Part shown: positions 58,580-64,000 of the stretch, piece after piece
How positions within the stretch are numbered: position 1 is the first letter of the stretch
Layout of the letters: each line of letters starts with the position of its first letter
Assembly (NCBI GenBank): GCA_016838945.1
Contig: JADLKP010000001.1
Location: 1,608 to 65,607 of the forward strand
From: Methanobrevibacter sp.
Lineage (GTDB): Archaea; Methanobacteriota; Methanobacteria; Methanobacteriales; Methanobacteriaceae
Direction: 5' to 3'
Length of the DNA stretch: 64,000 nucleotides
The notes under the pieces: model-generated
What the model saw: the letters and a program-made list of their open reading frames with translations, nothing else
What the model was told of the DNA's origin: nothing
Databases searched by the model: none
Program-made: the position numbers and the translations under genes

Positions 58580-60382
58580 ATGGAACAATATATAAAAATA
58601 ACAGCCAAAAATGAGGAAGGAGACCTCTTAGGAACTTTCAAGCTTTCCATAGACATCAATTTTTCTACTCGATCCATAAATTCTATTGTAGAAAAGCATA
58701 CAGAAATCACACTGGACAGCTCAATATACAATATACCTTCAAATTCTACTGTAACATTGTATAATGTTCCTATAGTCTATGAATACGACAACAGGACTCC
58801 AATCCAATTCCATAAGAACAGCGAGAGCAATGTCAACCTAATGCTTCTGGAGGAGCATAAGTATAACTTATCCTTCAATGCCAACCATGAATTGGATAAG
58901 GAGTATCTTAATCAGTTAGACATATTTCATTCATTGCTAAAATTTACCGATGAAGTCTTGGAGCTCGTTTCAAACACTAACATTGGATTCCTATCCTTCG
59001 GATCCTATGTTGGAAAAAGCTATTTGGACATATACAAAGACAAAAAACCTATTTTCAAGATTCCATTTGAAGTCCGTTCAAGAAAGATAGACTATGCAAC
59101 CGAATACGCCGCCATGATCGGAGACCTGTCCAAGCATGCCCAAGGGCTTCTTTATGAATCCAAATCTCCTTTGTTCCAGTCATTCGAACTAGACAATCTA
59201 CAGAACAAGTCAAGCTATGAGGACTTCATGCTTCTTGAATATCTGTTTAAGGACGAAAATCTCCCATCTACAATAGAATACCTGTCAAGAAACCTGTATT
59301 CTGCACTTACAAGCACAGTGGAAGAAGTCCCTACTTCATTTGCATCAAACATAAATCCGAATGACCTTATAGATGTGTTCTCAAATTCAGATAATCTTGC
59401 AAAGACTGATGAGGGTATGTGGCAGGAACGTACCAAAGGCCATATTCCACTAAAGATCAATGAAACAAAATATATCGATGACATCGATGTTCCAGAGAAC
59501 AGGTTCTACAAGAACTTTTTGGAATCAATTGAGAATCTGATTAACGAATTGTTGAAAAAGTCTCACGAAGGATATATCCGTGACCAGCTTCTTATCTATA
59601 AAGAGACAATAAGTGCGTATCTTTCACAGAGGTACTTTAAAGATATAAGTATGATGGATTATGTGCCTTTAAATTCACAGCTTCTTCAAAAAAAAGAGGG
59701 GTATCGTGACATCCTCCAATACTACCTCATGTTTGAGATGGGATTCAAGATGAATTGGGCTGAAGTCACCAATGAGTTCAAGGGCAATGAGAAAAAGCTC
59801 TTTGAGCTTTATGAATACTGGTGCTATTTTGAGCTCATTGATGCATTGAATCAGATATCCATAAACCCTATAGATTTCGCTGACATATTCGATAAGGTGA
59901 AGGATGAGGAAATGGATGAATTTTCCATTTCCCTAAAGCATAATCTCTTGAATGCATTTTATGTCAATGTTGGTGATAGGACCATAGATGTGGATTTGAC
60001 ATACAACAGATCCTTTTATAGAACAAGCAATGAATTCAAATCATATTCAGTGACATTGAGGCCGGATTACAGCTTGATTGTTCGTGATGGTGGAAAGAAG
60101 CATATAATTCATTTTGATGCCAAGTATAAGCTTTATATTGACAGCGAATCCTTCAAGAATGAGGATATAGTCAAGATGCATGCCTATAAGGATGCAATAG
60201 TTGGAACCGTTGGAGCATATGTTCTATATCCTGGAGAGAAGAAAAGGTTGTATTATCAACATTTGGATGATAGGTTGGAATCTGTAGGTGCATTTCCATT
60301 AAGTCCTGGTGAAAACAAACACAATAGAGACTCTTTGAGGGATTTTGTTCTTTCTATGATCTATAAGCTAATTGAAAATTAG
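58580..60382 (+). CDS. McrC-like partner (DUF2357 + PD-(D/E)XK)
   Basis: DVPENRFYK, LYEYWCYF, RPDY..FDAKYK and DIVKMHAYKDAI motifs. Confidence 0.85.
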   Translation: MEQYIKITAKNEEGDLLGTFKLSIDINFSTRSINSIVEKHTEITLDSSIYNIPSNSTVTLYNVPIVYEYDNRTPIQFHKNSESNVNLMLLEEHKYNLSFNANHELDKEYLNQLDIFHSLLKFTDEVLELVSNTNIGFLSFGSYVGKSYLDIYKDKKPIFKIPFEVRSRKIDYATEYAAMIGDLSKHAQGLLYESKSPLFQSFELDNLQNKSSYEDFMLLEYLFKDENLPSTIEYLSRNLYSALTSTVEEVPTSFASNINPNDLIDVFSNSDNLAKTDEGMWQERTKGHIPLKINETKYIDDIDVPENRFYKNFLESIENLINELLKKSHEGYIRDQLLIYKETISAYLSQRYFKDISMMDYVPLNSQLLQKKEGYRDILQYYLMFEMGFKMNWAEVTNEFKGNEKKLFELYEYWCYFELIDALNQISINPIDFADIFDKVKDEEMDEFSISLKHNLLNAFYVNVGDRTIDVDLTYNRSFYRTSNEFKSYSVTLRPDYSLIVRDGGKKHIIHFDAKYKLYIDSESFKNEDIVKMHAYKDAIVGTVGAYVLYPGEKKRLYYQHLDDRLESVGAFPLSPGENKHNRDSLRDFVLSMIYKLIEN

Positions 60383-60524
60383 TTTTTTTATTCATATTTT
60401 TCATTCATTTACATTTCCCCTAAATCAAAAATAACTCACGATTTTTTCTTTTTTTAAAAAAATCAATTTTAAAATCATATTTTTTAATAAATGCTCATAT
60501 TTTTTCTCTAAATCCAATTTAAAG

Positions 60525-60561
60525 ATGCAAGCAAGCACTTGCATTCGAAAATATTTATATA
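60525..60561 (+). promoter_or_regulatory. Inverted repeat ATGCAAG-N6-CTTGCAT directly upstream of BRE/TATA
   Basis: IR at 60525-60544, CGAAAA BRE-like, TTTATATA at 60554-60561, no long ORF downstream. Confidence 0.5.
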
Positions 60562-60583
60562 TGGCCTTTCATATACTTAATAG

Positions 60584-60693
60584 TAGGTATGATTGAATAA
60601 ATCGTACTCAGAATTTAATTTCATAGTTGTCCTCATTTTGATATGCAAGAAAAACAAAAGCAGAATTGTTTTTCTTGTATATTAAACTTTTTT
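60584..60693 (+). ncRNA. Candidate small RNA with two hairpins
   Basis: 8-bp stem 60587-60607, 17-bp stem 60641-60682, then T7; canonical promoter upstream. Confidence 0.45.
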
Positions 60694-60861
60694 TAATATA
60701 CGGTTAAATGCAAGATTATAATTTTATAATCCTCTCTTTTAACTGAAACTGCTTTTTTTAAAATTTCTATTTTTATGATGATGTTATACAAAAAATTAAT
60801 ATACTAATTTTCACAAAATAATTATTAGAAAATAATATTTAATATTATTGTCTATTAATAG

Positions 60862-61105
60862 AAGGGTTGGTTACAGTTGTCCTTGAATGAAGTTGGCTAT
60901 TCTCTCTAGAAACATATGGCAATCATTGATGGCCTGAATCTGGAGCATTAGTTGTCTTAAAGGGGTTTGACTAAAGGTTCCTTTTTTAAAGATCGTCGGT
61001 GGCAAAATTGTCATATCGGGGGTCTGGATGGCAAACGTAACTTGAGGATGATTTTCTAAGCTATAGAAAATGTTGGCTTTGCCGATATTGTAGGGGTTGG
61101 TTATC
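60862..61105. other. GC-richer non-coding block bounded by GGGTTGGTTA direct repeats
   Basis: Repeats at 60864 and 61094; no convincing ORF; T-rich downstream. Confidence 0.4.
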
Positions 61106-61184
61106 TTTTATTTTATAGGTCATTTTGGACATATTCTTTTTTTTTATTTTTTAAACATTATTCATAATTTTTGGAGATATTATC

Positions 61185-61343
61185 TTGAAAAAAGGAAAAA
61201 TCAACGAAAAGAGTCTTTCATATGATAATGATGAAGATATGGAATTTATCAACAGAACTAATCTGGCTTTGGAACGTATGGATAAGTCTGATATGAAAGG
61301 ATTATCTAAAAAAGAGTTTTTAGAAGAGATTGAGTCATGGTAG
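61185..61343 (+). CDS. Orphan duplicate of the downstream antitoxin (52 aa), followed by a truncated toxin start
   Basis: GGAGA SD + TTG; FINRTNLALERMDKSDMKGLSKKEFLEEIESW; then ATGGTAGATTCAATT decays. Confidence 0.7.
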   Translation: MKKGKINEKSLSYDNDEDMEFINRTNLALERMDKSDMKGLSKKEFLEEIESW

Positions 61344-61557
61344 ATTCAATTAAATTTTTCACTGATTTTAATATTGTTATAATCTTATCATAAGATTATA
61401 ATCCTTTTATTTTTTACTATTTTTTTACAAATAGTTTACTAAACTTGTTATTTTTCAATTTAACTGTTATATTGCTCTTATTTTTTAGAAAAAACTTATA
61501 TGCTTCTTTTAATAAATTATTTTTATCTAAAAAACATTTGCTGCAAAGTGTTTAGCA

Positions 61558-61815
61558 ATGTTTTTAAAATTTTTGGAGAAATTTTTCATGTTAAAAAGAG
61601 AATTTGTAATTGAAAAAATAAAAGAAGGTAAAAAATCCGATGGTTTTGATCAAGAAGTTATAGATAAAAATATTAATAACGGTGAAAATCAGTTTAGCCT
61701 ATGTGAAGATCCTGATTTCATTAATGGGACTAATCTGGCTTTGGAACGTATGGATAAGTCTGACATGAAGGCCTTATCAAAAGAGGAATTTTTAAAAGAG
61801 TTAAAAACATGGTAG
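61558..61815 (+). CDS. Putative antitoxin
   Basis: Overlaps the RelE gene; LSKEEFLKELKTW tail; start may be ATG at 61588. Confidence 0.65.
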   Translation: MFLKFLEKFFMLKREFVIEKIKEGKKSDGFDQEVIDKNINNGENQFSLCEDPDFINGTNLALERMDKSDMKALSKEEFLKELKTW

Positions 61816-62063
61816 ATTCAATTTCTATTTTTTATGATAAAAATTTCAAAAAATGCTTTGGAAAATTGGATTCTTCTTATAAGATAAAATTAAAAAAACA
61901 AATGATTAAAATCATTGATAACCCTGAAATTGGCAAACCTATGAAATATACTAGAAAAAATACTAGAGAAGTTTATATTTGTCCATTTAGATTATCTTAC
62001 TTTTATAGCAAGAAAGAAAATAAATTAATTTTTTTAGATTTTTATCATAAAGATAAGCAATAA
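61809..62063 (+). CDS. RelE/StbE-family toxin
   Basis: NPEIGKPMKY..TREVYICPFRLSY..LDFYHKD. Confidence 0.82.
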   Translation: MVDSISIFYDKNFKKCFGKLDSSYKIKLKKQMIKIIDNPEIGKPMKYTRKNTREVYICPFRLSYFYSKKENKLIFLDFYHKDKQ

Positions 62064-62120
62064 TTTCAAAATTTATGATTCTAGCCTTAAAAAAAGTTTA
62101 AGTACTGATCATATCAGTGA

Positions 62121-62732
62121 TCAGTACCCATAAGTCAATATGTTTCCATCCTCATCCACGATTCTGAAGTATCCGTCATCATAGGTTATTCTGTATGTTC
62201 CATCTCCGAGGTCTTCTCTTGAAACCTCATGTTCTGATGGATCCCATCCGTCTATAACATCATCCACCTTATTGTCTGTTTTATAGTTCGGATTTGTATA
62301 CTTGCTTCCACCGCTTTGGTTGCTTTGGTTGCTTTCTGTACTTGTGCTGGATGCTTTCTTCACATATATGTTTCCGCTGAGGCTTGATGCTTTGTATTCC
62401 TTGTTTCCATCGTATTTTGCAGAAAGTGTAAAGTTGTCTGCGATGAGATCCTCGAGTTTGCACTCTCCATTTGAATTTGTCTTCAGTGTGAAGTTTTCAG
62501 TTATTCCATTGCTGCTGTGTGTCAGGTTTATTTCAACCTTTTGATTTGCAATGGCAGTTCCGTTTTCATCGCTAAGCTTCAGTATCATGCTGTCCCCTTC
62601 ATAGAGGTATGGACTGTTTGTCATTGTTATGACGCTTTCATCTTGAGCATTTCCATTCATCATCACGTAGGCTCCGATTGAAAGAAGCACAATGATTGTT
62701 ATGCAAATGATTATTATGTCTCTTGTATTCAT
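62121..62732 (-). CDS. Membrane-anchored Ig-like domain protein
   Basis: N-terminal TM; KLSDENGTAIANQKV..KTNSNGE..YDGNKEY Ig-like repeat. Confidence 0.78.
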   Translation of the reverse strand: MNTRDIIIICITIIVLLSIGAYVMMNGNAQDESVITMTNSPYLYEGDSMILKLSDENGTAIANQKVEINLTHSSNGITENFTLKTNSNGECKLEDLIADNFTLSAKYDGNKEYKASSLSGNIYVKKASSTSTESNQSNQSGGSKYTNPNYKTDNKVDDVIDGWDPSEHEVSREDLGDGTYRITYDDGYFRIVDEDGNILTYGY

Positions 62733-63165
62733 ATTTAACCCCCATTGAATTATTTTGATTCTATGTTTAATATTATTATTCCAATCTTATTTTATTCTTT
62801 TCTATTTTTTTATAGTATTATTCTAATCTATTTTTATTCTTTTCTATTTTGAAATTGAAATAAATTTAAAAATGCAATTAGGAAAAATATTTTAATGACT
62901 TGAATGATACATTTATATGTGATATTTCCTAATCTCTGAATTGGAAAACATATCACTTTAGTTATCAAATCATGTTGAGCAATATAACTTGTTTATATTG
63001 CTCTTTTTTATACTTATTTTTACTTTTCCTAATTTTATTTTTTCAAAACTTCTTTTTATGAAATCATATAAAATCACTAATCAATAATATAAATATTAAA
63101 AAAATTAGATATTAAATTAAGAATTTAAAATTATCAATTAATCATAAAGACTTAAAGGTGTTTTA

Positions 63166-64000
63166 ATGGAAAGTCAAAATATTTTAATTAAGAATGCTAC
63201 TATATTAAATCCATTAGGAAATGGAAAAACAGAAGAGAAAAATGCAGATGTATTAATCATTGAAGATAAGATTGCAGAAATCAACGAGACAATCGATGAA
63301 TCAAATGCAGAAAAGATAATTGATGCAAGCGATAAGATATTGATGCCTGGACTTGTCAACACTCACACTCACATTTCAATGTCACTTCTTAGAGGCATTG
63401 CCGATGATTTGGAATTGGACACTTGGCTTAACGATCATATCTGGCCTATGGAAGCGCACCTCAATAGGGAATACTGCTACATAGGTGCACTTCTTGGAGC
63501 GGTTGAAATGATCAAGTCAGGCACCACCACATTTTCAGACATGTACTTCTATATGGATGGTGTCGCTCAAGCAGTCGAGGAAATTGGTATGAGGGCAGTG
63601 CTGTCATATGGTATGATTGATTTCGGCATTGAGGAAAAACGGGATCAGGAGTTCAAGGAAAACATATCCCTAATAAGGAATCACCACAATACTGCTGATG
63701 GAAGAATCACTACAATGTTCGGTCCACACTCAATTTATACCACTTCAAGTGAGCTTCTTGAGAGGGTCAGAAAGGAAGCGGATAAGTACCAAGTTGGTAT
63801 CCACATTCATATGAATGAAACTATGAAGGAAATTAATGACTGTAAGGAGAACCATCAAAATAAACGACCGTTTGAGTATTTAGATGACATTGGCATATTA
63901 GGTTCTGATATTGTTGCTGCTCATGGTGTATGGTTAGACCAAAATGAGATAGATTTGATCAAAAAGTATGATGTCAAGGTTTCACACAACCCATGCAGCA
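63166..64000 (+). CDS. mtaD: Amidohydrolase, MTA/SAH/5'-deoxyadenosine deaminase (3'-truncated by window)
   Basis: MPGLVNTHTH, GTTTFSDMY, GPHS, HIHMNET, AHGV and HNPCS motifs; GGTG SD. Confidence 0.88.
   Translation, partial: MESQNILIKNATILNPLGNGKTEEKNADVLIIEDKIAEINETIDESNAEKIIDASDKILMPGLVNTHTHISMSLLRGIADDLELDTWLNDHIWPMEAHLNREYCYIGALLGAVEMIKSGTTTFSDMYFYMDGVAQAVEEIGMRAVLSYGMIDFGIEEKRDQEFKENISLIRNHHNTADGRITTMFGPHSIYTTSSELLERVRKEADKYQVGIHIHMNETMKEINDCKENHQNKRPFEYLDDIGILGSDIVAAHGVWLDQNEIDLIKKYDVKVSHNPCS

Noticed and set aside
60862-61105. SRP RNA, RNase P RNA or tRNA
   Set aside because: Diagnostic conserved motifs and cloverleaf not found
42100-62100. Intact provirus or ICE
   Set aside because: No integrase, structural, conjugation or replication genes and no tRNA/att pair recognised

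Overview
Archaeal chromosomal window, most likely a Methanobrevibacter-like methanogen (inference from the archaeal histone, PolD small subunit, adhesin-like proteins, AT-rich intergenic DNA and GGAGG/GGTGA Shine-Dalgarno sites). Bases ~1-19.5 kb are mostly housekeeping: tsaA/trmO, fucA, PolD DP1, a CbiH-like gene, K+/Mg2+ transport, an ABC exporter, pyrB, hisG and a histone. From ~19.6 kb the window is largely accessory. It holds three Rpn-like PD-(D/E)XK genes, an array of secreted paralogs, a Nudix + SauUSI-like type IV restriction pair, ATPases, gene remnants and a 998-aa adhesin. An AT-rich defence island (~42.1-62.1 kb) follows, with XRE/IrrE/PIN, a nuclease, TPR-HEPN, a KAP NTPase, Schlafen/AlbA, HEPN, Dam+DpnII, McrBC and two RelE-type TA pairs. 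Core genes resume with an amidohydrolase at the right edge. Best candidate for an undescribed system: each Rpn-like gene carries an in-frame internal SD+ATG for its last 55-66 codons, and at two loci that C-terminal unit is copied downstream as stand-alone cassettes whose boundaries fall on the internal SD. This looks like an archaeal RpnL/RpnS toxin-intragenic-antitoxin system with tandem antitoxin cassettes. Other leads are probable ATT starts (pyrB, mcrB), a shared DtxR/SirR-like palindrome, a 3'-UTR hairpin conserved in structure, candidate sRNAs and unannotated small proteins. No tRNA, rRNA, CRISPR array or integrase was recognised. All family assignments come from motif recognition by eye, not from database searches.
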